The notes beneath the pieces are model-generated. The model saw only the letters and a list, made by a program, of their open reading frames with translations, did no database searches and had not been told where the DNA came from. The translations under genes were made by a program, and so were the position numbers. Positions 1-28,686 of a stretch of DNA of 64,000 nucleotides are shown here, piece by piece (position 1 is the stretch's first letter; every line of letters starts with the position of its first letter). This DNA is from Lingula anatina (taxonomy: Eukaryota; Animalia; Brachiopoda): assembly GCA_051362555.1 (NCBI GenBank), contig CM120644.1, forward strand, positions 11,368,567 to 11,432,566, given 5' to 3'.

Positions 1-441
1 ATAGGAATATATTATCAGATGATATAGGAAAGGGCAGAAGAGCGATTGCAGGAATGGACAGGGGTAGTTCATAAAATACCAGTTCTCTGTAAAAAAAACT
101 TATCCACAATATTGTAAGTCTATAAAGATGGAAATCACATATCTATATCTGTGAAAATAAAATTTGGAGCTATACTTGCTACATATTAAACTGCATAATA
201 TATTCAGTCGTAACAACCCCCCCCCCCCCCAACACACACACACAAAAACACGCACATATACACATAGACTCATAACACCATCCTCAATGGGCATATTTTA
301 GCCGGTATTCGTAATTTCAAAATGCACTAGTCCATATGCAATGACTCATGCCGCTGAAGCCGCGCACCAAGATATCCAACGGTCGCCGTTGCTCATCCCA
401 AACCTATAAACCATTCACTCGGGCAACGCTGTCTTCGTCTA

Positions 442-502
442 CCAATCATCTGCCGAGTTTTCCACTCAACGAACTGCTGGGCACTGCGCCGTGGTATAAA
501 TA
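442..502 (+). promoter_or_regulatory. CCAAT box (442-446) and TATA box (TATAAATA, 495-502) of alpha-tubulin 1
   Basis: Consensus motifs ~130-190 bp upstream of the ATG exon; the same layout occurs at tubulin 3. Confidence 0.6.
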
Positions 503-631
503 GAACGCTTTCCCTTGTCTACGTCATATTTTGAATTTTGCTCGGACACATCAAGTCAAGGAGCAAAATCTACTCCGTAGAGTCATCGATTAACCCTTCT
601 TGTACGGTTCATCAACATAATCGTCTTCAAC

Positions 632-6115
<5,484 letters not shown>

Positions 6116-7905
6116 ACATCCCAAAAAAAGAAAGTCTTACAACCAAGCATGACTTTGGCATTAGTCTTATCTTGGTTTTTTTCAGTGTCTCTGTGTCAAC
6201 CAAAAATTGTGCAATTTTTCTCAGGTTTACTTTTGTTGTAAACCAAGAACATAGAACTTTTAGATTATGACAACTTTTCCGGTGCATAATAATTGGAAAT
6301 GTTATTTTGAGTTTTATTTTCAATTACACCGACAGTTGTGGAATAAATAAAAATCACTGAAACTAACATTATTGACTTTGTTTTACTTCTTGATAAAGAA
6401 AAAGGATGGCATAAAGCAGACTTACGAGACAATACAAGGGTAAATCAACAGAAAAAATGAGGCCTGTCTTCTAAATATGATTGACCTTAACAGAAGGGAT
6501 TTGAAAAGTAGAAATTGTAAATATTTTCCTAAACATACATCAAATTCTGACTTATAAGGTATACATACACCTTATTAATTGTCAAAGAACCCTTCAGTTG
6601 CAAGTTACGAAATCATGCACGACTGCTGTGGATGTCTAGAGAGAGACGATCACAATCCACAAGAATTAAAATTTAAAAATGTTGTGAATGGAATTGTTGA
6701 ATTGTTTAATATCAAAACGTATTTTTCAAAAAAATGGACCTTTTCCTGGATGACTACCCTTTCAAGGCCTACATGTGTGTCCAGGTCCTGCTTCGGCCTG
6801 ATTTATATTTGTTACTCATAAATAGCACTAGAAGGGAGTGGTGCTGTTAATATTTCTAACCTCCCTCCTTTCCGATCTGTCGTGACATAATTTTTATTTA
6901 TATATTTCATTTTAAACAAGGAGCCAAAGTTAAGTTTGAAGATACACATCTTTAACGCAAGTAAATGATTAGAGCCAGTTTCTTACACATTACAAATAAA
7001 ATCTACATGCCAAATTAAGACTAACTAATATCCATCTCTCTTGGAGCCGAAAAAGGCTTTAAAATTGCATCTCCTTCAAATTTCTGGCCTACTTCTTTCT
7101 CTACTATCCCTTCAGAAAGTAAGCAGTGTATATATGTGTAAACACCATTTTTCGGGGAAAAATGCAAGGGAAACTGTGCATGTGATATTTTAAGTTTGGC
7201 ACTACATGTAGGCCTATATGAAGCATTTGGTCGGGTTATGTGGCAATAATTTGCACTCGATCAATATGCATCTTGTACATGTATGGACATACTGGCCCTC
7301 TGTAACTGCCTCCTACTCTCCCTCCCCTCCTCTCTTTCCCTCCCTCCACCTCTCTCTCTCTCCCTCTCTCTCTCCCTCTAACCCCCCCTCTCTCTCTCTG
7401 TCTGTCTGTGCGTGCGTGTACACGCGCTCGCGCGCTTGTGTATGTGTGTAAAATCACATCGATGGCAACAATATGCTGACTCCAAAACCCATTGGCGAAT
7501 CTTATTATTGAAGTAACATCTGAATGATAATATCAATCAGCACCATTCACGTATCTGAATTTAAAAGATATTATATTCCTTTTACGGGTCTCCTCCTTTT
7601 CAGGTCTAATCTGATCGATAATTTGTCGTGGATTAAAAGTGAGCGCCACCTGCCGGCAGTGACCCCCACGCCATCTGCAGAAATCTGCTTTTTCCGACTT
7701 CATTGTTAATCAGCATAGCAACCGTGGTGGCCTAGACCAATCGAATCCCGCCTTTCATTAAACATATTCAAACGCCATATCGACCGCAATATAAGCGAGT
7801 GTTTCAGAAACCTCATTATGTTTGCTCGCTAGACACTTTGAGTCACACAGTGAGACATCGTTTTCCTCCCGAAACTTTCGAGGGTATTTCTCGACAGACT
7901 TCAAC

Positions 7906-11137
<3,232 letters not shown>

Positions 11138-12519
11138 ACCTCAAGATTGTGTGCATTTATAGAGAAAGTGCAATTCATTCGTTCATTCAGCCGCAATACT
11201 TCTTGTCCTAGTAACTGTTTACAAGAACTTGGGACATTGTCGTTCTTCCGAATAAGACAGTTGATATATTATCAATGAATGTCGACTTTATGTTTTTTTT
11301 TAACATTTAAAAATGTAAGACAATAATTTGTATCCTATGGAACCAATAGAACTGTATACGTGTTCTGTATGTGACAATGCCAGCGGTTGTGAAAAAACAA
11401 ATGCTTAAAACTTTATCCTGAAGTTTGTTTATTTTATCAACCACGTTTCTTTTGAAGTGAAAAGATTAGACCCCGGTATTTTAATCAATTAGAATTATCT
11501 AGTTACCACAACAATTTTCGTTTGGAGAATTATCTTTATAAAACAAAAAGAAAATTGAGATATTTGGCTATTTAAACAATTTACGACCTCGGCTGTATAT
11601 ATACATACAAACGTTTCACACTAAGGACAGAAAAACATGTGAATATCTTAGTCTGATTGCATTCAGCGAGAGTCCCCTCGGAGTTGGATCCATCTACGTT
11701 TCATTGGGAATGAGCCCTAAGACGTTCTAAATAATGGTGCCGTTTATCGCCTACCTGCAAAATAAACATAACTATTCCAACACAACATAGTCTGGAGACA
11801 AAACTACTGTCATGCTCCTATGGCAGGATTTAGAAAAGACAAAAAAGGTTTAGGTACACTGCACATTAGTTTTGAAGTTTTGTCAGCACACACGGCAACT
11901 GGACTCACAGTTGCAATGGGAACATAAGGAACATATGGATTTTAGAAGACTCCAAAATATAAGAAAAGACATTATACGTACTTTAGTACCTGCTTTCGTC
12001 AATTAGGAAAACGTTTGTACATGCAGATCACTTTATCCACCCTTGGACATAATGACGTTATTACGTCCAAGGTCCACCATTTTGAAAATTATCCAACCGA
12101 CCTAAAAATTTGTCGTTAAACACATTGTTGTCAAATTCGTGTTCAGCACCATATTTTTTCATCCGAAAACTATTTGAGATCAACCCTACCTAGTAGACTA
12201 GCTAATTTACGTCTGTTAATCACTGACAACATATTGCTAAATAATTCACTTTTTGGTACTTCTCAGGTGTCGGTGTGTAATTCTCGGACATGAATCGCCA
12301 ACCTCCAGCATACAAATTGATATCTAATGGTCAGTCTTCGTTTCGCTTGAAGATTCATGCCGCTTTATATGTCAATAATTGGAAGGATTCACGCATTTGG
12401 CAAGTTGTACAGCAGAGTTGCAGTGGCGTATGTCGGGCGGTTTTTAAGCACATGTACATTCATGTATTTACTACTTAGTTAGTGTTCTACAAACTGACAT
12501 AGCAGGATATTTTGACACT

Positions 12520-14082
12520 ATGTCCAGCTCGGTCGACGAAGAAGAAATGCGTGAGGAACTACTGGCCGAATTAAGCGGCCTGACCGACTCCGAAGCTTAC
12601 TTCAAAATTCTGACTATTTATTACGAAGGGTACGTTTGTATCGGGACGGAACGATTCAACAGCATAAAGAAATTTTAATCATGCTGTTCTTCACTAGTCA
12701 ATAGAACAGGGCTAGACTGCATGTTCTTTGTCTGACAAACAGATTAGTCAACACGTTTTGTAAGGATCATTTTTTGGAAACTGGCAAAGCTTTATCTGTC
12801 ATTGCCCAGTTCTTTATCCATTAATTTTAATAGTCTTAACTGCAATAGCAGTGTTTTATTACGACAATTTTACTGATTTCAAACTTTGGATATCATTTGA
12901 CGGTAACTGTATGTCCGCAATATTTGACAACAAGATAAGACATATACTAGTAGATCTACCTATGTGAGTGCCATTGGTACATGTACTAAATTCTCATTAT
13001 CGATAATTATGATACGCTGAGAATAATAAAAATGAAGACAGAACATTTATTCAAAAAGAATTTTAATGGAATTTTATAAATATCTTTAGTTTAATTAATA
13101 CCTTAGGGTAAACGAAGATAACAGAAGAACTCGGGAAGCCAATGGGGATATCGCGGACACAGAGGCCTTGTCAAGTTTTACCGACCACACCGTGCTTTTT
13201 AAGGTCTTAAAGCGCGTCCGATGCTTGGAAGATTGTTTACCGACTCCAGTCCGCATCATGGAGTTCGGGGGAGGGACAGGTGCTGTTGTGAAAGCAATTT
13301 GCCAAAACCTCGACAAGCAAATCATTGTCAGCGTGGTAGAACCGCATAAAGAGTCTCTTGAGCAATACAAGAAATGTACATGTATTGAAGGTTTCAATAA
13401 CGCATCTCTGGATGTAGCTTATCCCGGATCAATGAGAGATTACTTCGAAAAAAGCGTGGAATATTTGCAGGCACTAAACGCATACCCTCAGGGACCACAG
13501 GACGTGATTCTTGCCACCCACGTGCTGTATCATCTGTCTAGTGTGTTCGATCTTCACCGTGATCCCTTCCAGGATATTGCGCTGGCTGTATCAGCAATGT
13601 ATGGGATTCTCAGACCAGGAGGGGAGCTGCTTCTAGCTTTGGAAGAAGATGAAGTCACCTTGGTTGGGCACGTTTCACTTGCTTGTGTGCAGACATTACA
13701 TCCAACTCTGACCGATGCCTTCAGGAAAGGCAGCGCAGCAAGAAAAGCTCTTATCTATGAAGGCGGGATAGCATCCATCTTGAATACGTCATTCCCGACG
13801 TTCCGTGCTTCGATGTCACATGAAAAGATTCCGCGATACATCTACACTTCAACTTTGGCAGAAACGGGTGCGCTTGGCTCTCTTACCTATTTCAACGGTC
13901 TAACTGATGATTTGTCGCCACTGGACCAGCGGGTTATACCATTTTGCATCGACCACGTCAAGAGCCAAGGACAGAGGCACGGTCTTGCCTTCGTTCAGGA
14001 TACTCAAGATAAAAGAGGACTGTGGCGTTTCCCTTCGCAATGTCATTTCATTTCTATTAGAAAAGAGATTAAATCTGATTAA
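12520..14082 (+). CDS. Class I SAM-dependent methyltransferase, HNMT-like / small-molecule N-methyltransferase-like (~361 aa)
   Basis: Exon 12520-12629 (MSSSVDEEEMREELL...YYEG) joins 13107-14082 in frame across a phase-2 GT-AG intron. Motif I IMEFGGGTG, acidic end of strand 2 VSVVEP, DVILATHVLYHL, and GILRPGGELL. Confidence 0.85.
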
Positions 14083-14099
14083 TATTTTATCGGTGAATT

Positions 14100-14567
14100 T
14101 AAAATGTAATATTCTTTACTTAGAGATTTAAAAATGTTATTTAGTCTCCAAATAAAGAATATTCTGTTCTATGATGTCTTATTGTGAAATTTCTAGCATT
14201 GCTGTAAAGTTCTTGTTTGCGATTCCATTATTTGCAAATTGATTAGTTTAGTAAATTCAAATGAGTTGATGCCCAGCGTGTAAAATCCTAGTACATGAAC
14301 AATTGTAATTTACTATGAAAGATGTTTTTCTTGGTCTATAGACAGGATAAAATATAATATTCTTTATTTGGAGATTTAAAAAATATTTAGTCTCCAAATA
14401 ACGAATATTCTATTTGATTATTTTTAATTTACTTAAAAGTCTTATTGTGTGAAATTTCTAGCATTGCTGTAAAGTGAATTGAATTGGTGGCGATTTCATC
14501 ATTTCAAATTGATAAGTATAGTAAACCCAAATGAGTTTATGCCCTGCTTGTAAAATACAGCACATGT
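14100..14567 (+). repeat. Degenerate tandem duplication (~250-bp period) of the methyltransferase 3' UTR/flank
   Basis: 14100-14297 aligns with 14348-14567 (shared atttagtctccaaataa and gaaatttctagcattgctgtaaagt). AATAAA in copy 1 reads AATAAC in copy 2. Confidence 0.85.
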
Positions 14568-15999
14568 ATGAAAAAATAAGAAATATCCCTTAAAGCTATC
14601 CCACAGTAGAACTTACAAACCAATGGCGTCGACAAAGCCAAGGACCACGCTTTGTCCTTTCTTAATGCCATTGCTACCATCTTGTTAAAAAGTGGCATTT
14701 ATTACGAGACGTGATGTAAATGCCATAGACGGTAGTTGAACAGTCGTTTACGTCAGACAAGTCGGGAGGGGTGCCCTTATACGTTTATTTATTTATTTCT
14801 GAGTGTGTGACCGGTTAGTTCTGAAGTTAGTTAAGACCTCTAAAAAGATTACTTTTATTTGCAACCAAATTGTATTCAATGTGCCATCTCTTTAATCAGT
14901 TCTGCTAACCTCGATTTATTCGGAACCTACTTAAAGTGTACAGGGTCACCCGAGTTTGCGATAAACGGTACACTCGTTTACGGAACTGGCCGATAACTGC
15001 CGAGTGATTCAATCAGCTGACTCAGTTATATTGAACTTGGTCGTCATACCTGAAGTATTGTGATAACGAGTGTGCACAGGTCAACGGTTAAGCGGATTAC
15101 AATTCAAACAGTACAATGGCGACGTAAGATTCTAAAAATAAGGCATCACTCATTTCATATAATCTGGCATTAAACTTACTCTATAGCAAGGTAGTATACC
15201 AGCTAGTGCTCTATACAAATTTAAGTTACAGTCTACTAGGGCCACAGATTGATTTTTCACATGATATTCATACTAAGATATTTACAGATATGTCTCTGGT
15301 TAAATTGGCGGTTATTCTCTGTACTGCGTCAGAGAAAATGTCCACATAATAAAAACTACGGACTTGGTAGAGGGTAATATGAAGTGCTTGAATGCACGTA
15401 TACGCTACGTATATGTGACCCTCATAGGTGCCTCATATATGTGTGTGTGTGTGTGGGGGGGGGGGGGGGTACTTCTTCTTCAGAAAAGAATGGAAAAACC
15501 ACCCCTTCTCTCCGATAGAAAATATAATATTACACAGACTGTCTGATAGTCTTGAACAAATAAATGCAGAAAAGAAATAAATGTGGAGAAAAATAAAGTA
15601 AAAATAAATTAATTGAAATAAATTTAAAAGTAGACACCTGGGTTTGCTTCATCATGATTCAAAATTGATTTGAATTATAAAATTACATTAATACTGGCAC
15701 GATACATCACACAGAATAATCTTGCCCATTAGTTCATGGTGTGTGCTAATTGTGTGTTTGTGTGTGCTTGCGAAGGGGTGAATTGAGTGATACTCGTATT
15801 ACGGGCATTAACGATACGGTTGTCAAATTCTGTCTGTTCAATTTTCATATGAGGGGAGTGGAGGAGACCGTCCACTGGGGTCGACTTGTACGTGTAGTTG
15901 CTGGGTAAAATTTTCCTACACCGGTCTAAAGTCAGCTCCAGTAGCCCCAACGGTGACTCTAAATAAGCGAACGATGGAATTCGGGGTGGATTTACTAAA

Positions 16000-16001
<2 letters not shown>

Positions 16002-16083
<82 letters not shown>
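16002..16083. repeat. Compound microsatellite (TA)n(GATA)n
   Basis: Read directly from the sequence. Confidence 0.95.
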
Positions 16084-16697
16084 CGTTGAACACTTTATCA
16101 CATTGCTTACTTTTTCGGTTAGGTCTTCTTTTCACGTGTTTATTTGTGACTGTATGCAGTTTATTGACTCAACCTTCATACACTGAAGATACCCTAACCC
16201 TCTAGCTGAGATTAAGACGTATAGTACTAAATCTACAACGCATACGAATATAACATAAATTACACGTCATGTCATAATAATTCACACGACCGTTTAAACT
16301 GTAAAAGAGAGAGAGAGAGAGAGAAAGAGGGGTATTACAATATCATATGTGAATGGGAGGATGTATGTGCGTGTGAGAAACTCTCAGGCCTACTTACTGT
16401 ATACCCCCCCCCCCCCCCTTTTCACAATTCCGTTTGGCTCACTTAGCCTTGAAGGCCACCTAACAACGATAGGTAAGCACTTTTGTTGTTCTCGTTTCAT
16501 TACGAACAATGGGCCTGAATAAACAATACGCGCGAAGAGGGAACAATGACAGGTGCCCGCTAACAGAGAAACCAGGGCAAACATTCCGCTGCTAGGGCCC
16601 CTTGCCAACGGTTGCGAGCAAAAACAGGTCAAGTCTGTTTGCCGTTGTTGATTTCCCTGTGAAATCAATAGCGCCTGACGACCGTTAGCTGTGCCAG

Positions 16698-16753
16698 CCA
16701 ATCATGGACGGAGATTCGATTTGTGCGCTTGACAACCGGTTGGGCTATAAATA
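16698..16753 (+). promoter_or_regulatory. CCAAT (16698) and TATA (TATAAATA, 16746-16753) boxes of alpha-tubulin 3
   Basis: Consensus motifs ~145-200 bp upstream of ATG 16896. Confidence 0.6.
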
Positions 16754-16895
16754 CGGTGCCCCCATCGATCGAATTCATTCTCTGCTCTCGCTCAGACACT
16801 TCGAAGTCACACAGTGAGATCTTGAGTGCTTGATTTAAGACGCACGTCTTCCGTTAATTCGTATTTGAAGCCGATCAACTTATCAACAATTCATC

Positions 16896-19165
<2,270 letters not shown>

Positions 19166-20134
19166 GCAAAATGCCGTCATACCTTTCGTGACTTTTGACC
19201 GGACCGTCCAACTTTTCGAAATACGGCAAAAGGGAACTGTGCATTCATCAAAAATATCAGACATTTTCATGGTTTTGAAAAAAGTATATGATTATGTTAC
19301 AGTAATTGCCAAATAAGGTCAAGGCATTATTTGATCAATTCAGGATATTTCCTTCCATCAAAAATAAAGATATTGTTGAACATTATTTGCTGTTGTTTGT
19401 TATTCCACATTAATTCTAATATCAAAAGGCAGTTTTTAGCCTTTAAAAAAAGTTTAACTTATTTAAAGAATATTAATGTTTCAATATGATAATCGATATC
19501 CCGTGGAAAATGAATTCAAGGTTAACTCGGAAAGGTGAAAAATAAAATGTATATCGTGTAAAATATCCGCAATTATGAAAGTAAACAAAGATTCCCTAAT
19601 CCCATGGATTAGATTAGATATGCTTTCGTAGTCTGTATTACACAAATTAATTTTAATGTCCAACCTTATTAGGCCCTATATATACATATGCAGATTACCG
19701 TTGCCGTCTATCTCGAAACTATAAAGCAAGGGGGTATTTATTTAATTTATGGTTAATAATTGAGATTATAAGTAAATAAATTACTTTCAGACTAATATCA
19801 CAAAAAGGTGGGATTCTGAGCCTTGAACAGGGTTTTTTTAGTGTGTTAGGTGTGCCCGTGACTGCCAATGCATTTCTCGGTTTGTTGTGAACTGCTATAT
19901 GTTAGGTTCTTCATTGCAACCACGCAATTTTCAATAGAAAATAGAGACATGCGATTAATTAGTAAATAGAAGATTGTATTCATTAAAAAATGAATATTGA
20001 AATAAATCAGTTGATAAATAAATAATCATATGTATAATCAGTAAAAAAACAATATCTACTGCTTGACACAGGTCTGATGTTTTTCGCAGCAGTGGAGGCT
20101 AGTTTTATCGAGAGAAATTGCTTTTCCTTTTTAC

Positions 20135-20180
<46 letters not shown>

Positions 20181-20737
20181 GAACCCCCTTTTTGTCCACG
20201 AAAAAGCCCACTCAATGCTGAATGCTGATAAGAGTTCAAATATGAAGGGTATAACTAAAATGATAAAACATTCTCATTTTTCCAAAACTAAGGAACGCCC
20301 CACCCATTCTTGGGAATTTGTATTATCATTTACCACTTGCTAAGTATTTCCATGAAGATTGGGTAGAAATAATTCATACAATATCTGTGATTTATATCTG
20401 CTCAACCGATGGGGATTATCTTGAACGTAACACTTAAAAAAAGTAAACGCACTCTACCGATTTGCCGACTTGTTATCGATGTTTATTGTTTATTTACCTT
20501 TTCTGTCTCCAACAAAAGCGGCTGGCAACGGATATGCCGGGTCACCACAGACGCCCCAATGAAAAGCCGTGCTTTAACGTAATGACTCTCCTCCATATCG
20601 ACCGCTACAATATAATATCAATAGCAGGGTCGCTCGTGCCTTATTCCAGTATTTGCTCTTGCTGAAGACCCATTGCAGTCGCAAGCAAGTCATTATTAAT
20701 TTCATAATAACCCGCTTTAACGGCATAACTTGTCAAT

Positions 20738-23941
<3,204 letters not shown>

Positions 23942-25262
23942 ACCGATTTGTTCATGGAATAAAACTGCATATTCACACCCAGATAACAATGATATATCAT
24001 CATAGATACACTAATTATAAACTTTTACAGGTGTTCGACGTGTTCGATTTTTTAAAATAACCTTTGTAGATTTTAATAAAGATTTAGTCGACTTTATATT
24101 TGAGAGTTTTTTACATCCCTGTGCCTTACGATAGAAAACCTCTTATACATGTAGATTACGGTCTCTCATTTGGTTGAACTCGAATATAATATATTCATTC
24201 TGAGCAAACAATTTGAATAAAAATTTGATATTAAATACCCGGATACCTGTCTGGATTCAAGTCCATACTTTGTGTAAATTATATTTATATTTGCATATAT
24301 CTTATGCGACCCTACTGCATATTTTACATATGCGTAAATAACTTTGGCAAGGTCATTTATAAATGTTCAGGCAGATTTTACATACGAATAAATTAAAGTG
24401 TCAGTGTAAAGTGGAACGGGTTTATAAAGGATTGCATTGAATGTTTCTGGCAAAAATTTCTTGATTAACTACACTGGCCCTAATCTATGTATGTTTTCCA
24501 GGTATTTCAGGCAATATACCCGTCCTTTTTTATTTTTGGCATATCATAATTAATGGCTTTTACCTTATCTATGCCACGCTCTTTATGAGGGTAACGAACG
24601 CATACCGGCATACCAACATATCTTTTCAGTTTTACGTTTAGGTAATATTGAGCGAAACATAAAAACAGTGCAAAATGATTCACCAGTGCTTCCTTCTTTA
24701 AAAAATCGTGAATCGATACAAATGCAAAATTGATCCAGCAAGGTTCCCCAGAGAACGAAAAAGATCGAAAAAACACAATCCGATTACCTCATTAGGTACT
24801 GCAGTATCGTTTCAATCAAGCAATTAATTATATAACAGTTTTCCTACGTGTCTTAGTATTCTGAGTATATCTAGTGGTCGTTAACGGTTACAGAGTTTTA
24901 AAGCTAATGGAATTAAATGCCATTTTATTCTAACGACATTGATGATCTTTTACAGTGTAATCATCCATCTATTGAGTTAAAACATCAGCTTTTGCTGTAC
25001 TAGTAATCGTGCTCTTTAAGACCTCTCTTCCTCGCTATTTTTATTTTTAAGTTGTCGAGAATGTGGAGATAATATTGCGCAATAAAGGTTAAAATGTGTG
25101 ACGTAAACAAAACTGACGAGTCCAGAGTTTTCTTAAGGGAGATCTGAATGAAACACGTTGCAAATTTAAGTACATGTACCAGACCATCTACATTATTATA
25201 ATGCACAGCTCCATTATTCAACGCGTGCATTTGCACTATAAATAGAAACCATCTGTAAAAGC

Positions 25263-25652
25263 TATATAAATTATAAACAGAGAATCTCTAGATAAAGATG
25301 AAGCGATTAGTCGATCAGATCGATAGCTCAGCCCGCCACTCTGAGTCTGCGCTGACCTTTGAAGCGAAGCCCAGGCAGGCAAGGACACAATATGTGCAGC
25401 GTACAACAAAACACATCGATCGAGGCAGAAATATTGTGTAAGAAAAAACTAACACTGCGCGTCTATACCCACCAGCTGATCCTCGAAACTCAGACTAATT
25501 GAATGCTTAGATGGATGGTAGTCGTCTAAAGCATGTAAAGGCGAATGGCTAGGCCACCAAGACCAGCTCAGATACACAGTGCAAAAGAACTATCGTCTAG
25601 AAATTTCTAGAAGCGGCCTAGAAATCGTTGACAGCATTGGTGCCTGCAGAAG
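25263..25652 (+). promoter_or_regulatory. Putative promoter and non-coding first exon, probably of the SLC43 gene
   Basis: TATATAAA at 25263, a GC/CpG-richer stretch, and a strong donor AAG|gtgagt at 25652/25653 with no ORF. Assignment to SLC43 is inference. Confidence 0.35.
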
Positions 25653-26581
25653 GTGAGTGTTATTATTAGTGCATTACGGATGTACACAAGACTAGTAAAG
25701 GATGGTAGTGTGGAGAAGTGTTTTAAGTATTTGGATGCACATTTATGCTGGCAGATCACCAATTCTTCTTCTCTGTAATCTTCTGTCCGTGTGTCTGTTT
25801 GTTTGACTGTATCAAAAACAGGTGAGAAACCTTGAGATCTGTACGTAATGGTGCATGCTAAATTGGACGAGGAGCTATATAAAATAACACAAATTTAGGT
25901 TATTAAACTCACTCTGAATTTCAAGAAGCACTGAGAAACACACTCGATCCATATTTACAGCACATAGCTTTCTGATCAGACGGATGTTGGTATCCAGAAA
26001 GTAAAAAAAAAAACCAAGGTTTATTTCAATAACCTGCAATAAATTATAGGTGGGCAAGTTAACGATCCAGGTAACGATTAAGGTCAAGCTTTTTCCCCTC
26101 ACCTCTGCACCTGGCTTAGGTGCACCTGTATACATTGTAATAAAAAAAACTGCACAATGGTCGATCGGGTGACAGTCTACACATTAAACACACATGCAAA
26201 ACATACCCTGACCATAACTAGTACTTACGGCCGACAATAAGCTAAGTTTCATAAGCATATCAATTATACACAAACGAATAGGGTACGCATTACCATATAC
26301 TGTAAATGCACTAGTGCATATACTGCGACCTATATTCTTTTCATATTTTAATACTTATATATGGTTGCATGCACCACGTGCTGTTGTACTGGTAATAATT
26401 GGAGTACAGGGCATTGTAATGTGTTGAATACACGTTAATGTTGACGAAAAGGTCTATCTGTACGGGGTTAATGTACCCTGGGAGCCACAGGACGGATATG
26501 AATTATGGTGTCGATAGTGGCACGGTACTTCTGTGTGGATAGATTCCGAGAATAAGACTTATGAAATACAGGGTAACAACG

Positions 26582-26629
<48 letters not shown>

Positions 26630-27613
26630 TCAATATAGGCTCTATAATTGCCAGGTCTCTCATGGGGTGAAATCAAGGCTAGCACTAGTGCGTTCATATA
26701 GGTATATGGAAATAATTATCCCCAGCCTTCTTCCACACACTGAAACGGCAATAACAATATAATATGAAACCAACGATAATATGAATGTCTGGAAATAGTC
26801 AATGTGGCCGGCCACCTTGATACGCAGGGTAACGACAACAGTACGGCGCTATTGACTATGGTACAATGTAGTATTGAGCCCCAGTGCCTGGTTTTACGAG
26901 TAAAAACAATAGTCATAAGATAAATTCTTAGCAATAGATGTAAATTATTAAGCAAACATATAAGCTAGCCTACACGTAGTAAAGGTCTCCGTCAATATTC
27001 TGACTCTTCTGGTGAATTCTGTTGTGATCCGTCTTAGGGCTTTACCTAGTTAAGTTCACAGGTGAATATGCAGTTGACCTAAACGAGGCAGGGAGGTGGG
27101 GGGGGGGGGGGGGGGCGGGGGAGGGGGAGAGTCCAGGAGGATAGGAGCCCGAGGGGACTTAAGAGGGTTGAGTCATGGTAATATTCGTTTTATTCATGAA
27201 TCAATAAAGAATGGATTCTCCGTTGGGGACGCGGTTTCGGGAAGTGTAATTTAGACTTAAATGGTAGATACTTCTAAGTAGGGGGAATATTAAAAAGACA
27301 TTTCTTAAACTGAAGACAGGATAGAAGAAAACATACAGTTATTTACAGCAGAGTGTAAATGTATCTTTTGTCACTGAGGTTATATTTTGGTTTCAATCTT
27401 TTTTCTATACTTGAAGCAAGATGACTCAAATTTAGAAAAAAAAATGAATAGTGTGGAGCACATGAACTAACGGATCACAACATCGGTTTATCTGTCACTG
27501 CATTTAATTAGCAGGCAAGGCCAACAGTGTCGTGTCCTGAACGTCCGCATGGGGGGACTCGGCAAAAAGTCTCCAGCATATTTAACCTAGTCGCCAATGT
27601 CTGTGGTACGGTG

Positions 27614-27780
27614 CAGGGGCGGATTTAGGCCGTCTTCTGGGTTTTCCGGAAGACGGTCAGATTTTCAAGTTTACATTGAGGTGTATCGTATGTTTTCTGT
27701 CGGAAGACGGTCAAAATGGTGGATGGATCAACAAAGATAATTTGGAAGACTGTCAGAAAATAACTCTAGATCCGCCCCTG
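27614..27780. mobile_element. hAT-like MITE with a 5-bp TSD
   Basis: TIRs CAGGGGCGGAT...ATCCGCCCCTG; CGGTG is duplicated on both flanks (27609-27613 and 27781-27785). Confidence 0.85.
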
Positions 27781-28020
27781 CGGTGCATAAATGCTTCAAT
27801 CCCTTGTGGCTCACATTAGTGGTTTTATCGTCATGGTAACCAGTGGAACGGGTCTGGTCTGGTCAAATACTTGAAAATGCTCCACTTGTTGGCCTCGCTT
27901 TTAACCGAAGGTCAATCAGTACTTTATTGTGGACTTTATTGGGAACGAGGGTAGATCCAAAGACAACAAATAAGATAAATGAGCAATAGCTACAATCAGA
28001 ACAGGTTGAGCGGGTCTGCA

Positions 28021-28021
<1 letters not shown>

Positions 28022-28093
<72 letters not shown>
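28022..28093. repeat. (TA)n microsatellite; another lies at ~26583-26627
   Basis: Read directly from the sequence. Confidence 0.95.
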
Positions 28094-28096
<3 letters not shown>

Positions 28097-28469
28097 TTGG
28101 TTTTGAAACTCCGTTCAGGACACGACAGTGTTGGCCTTTGGCACTAGTTACAATGTACATGTATTAGTCAAGGTATGTTTTGTGCGTGTGTTGTGAGTGA
28201 GACATGGCATGTACACACTGTCACCCGAGCAGCGTAGTAGTGTGCCGGAACAAGGCATATATCGTGAGACACTAGTGCATGATGAGGGGATGGCAGTGTA
28301 TTATTTGACATGACGTACATACCGAGAGAAAGCGCTCGCATTTTACAGGAAAACACCCCTAAAACCGAGTAAATCGTACATGTATATCGCAACGGTCACA
28401 GAACTTCTTGAGAAATGTATAGGCGTTTGTGCGTGTGTGCTCGTGTATGTTTGCTCGAGCGCACGCACG

Positions 28470-28504
<35 letters not shown>

Positions 28505-28630
28505 GAGAGAGAGAATCAAAGGGACAGAAAAATACCATCGGTAGGAGGCAAAGAGAGACATTTAGGGAGGGAGGGGTGTTATCCATACATTGGTTAATTT
28601 TGTATCCAGCATATTATCTCAGCCGATCCT

Positions 28631-28686
<56 letters not shown>

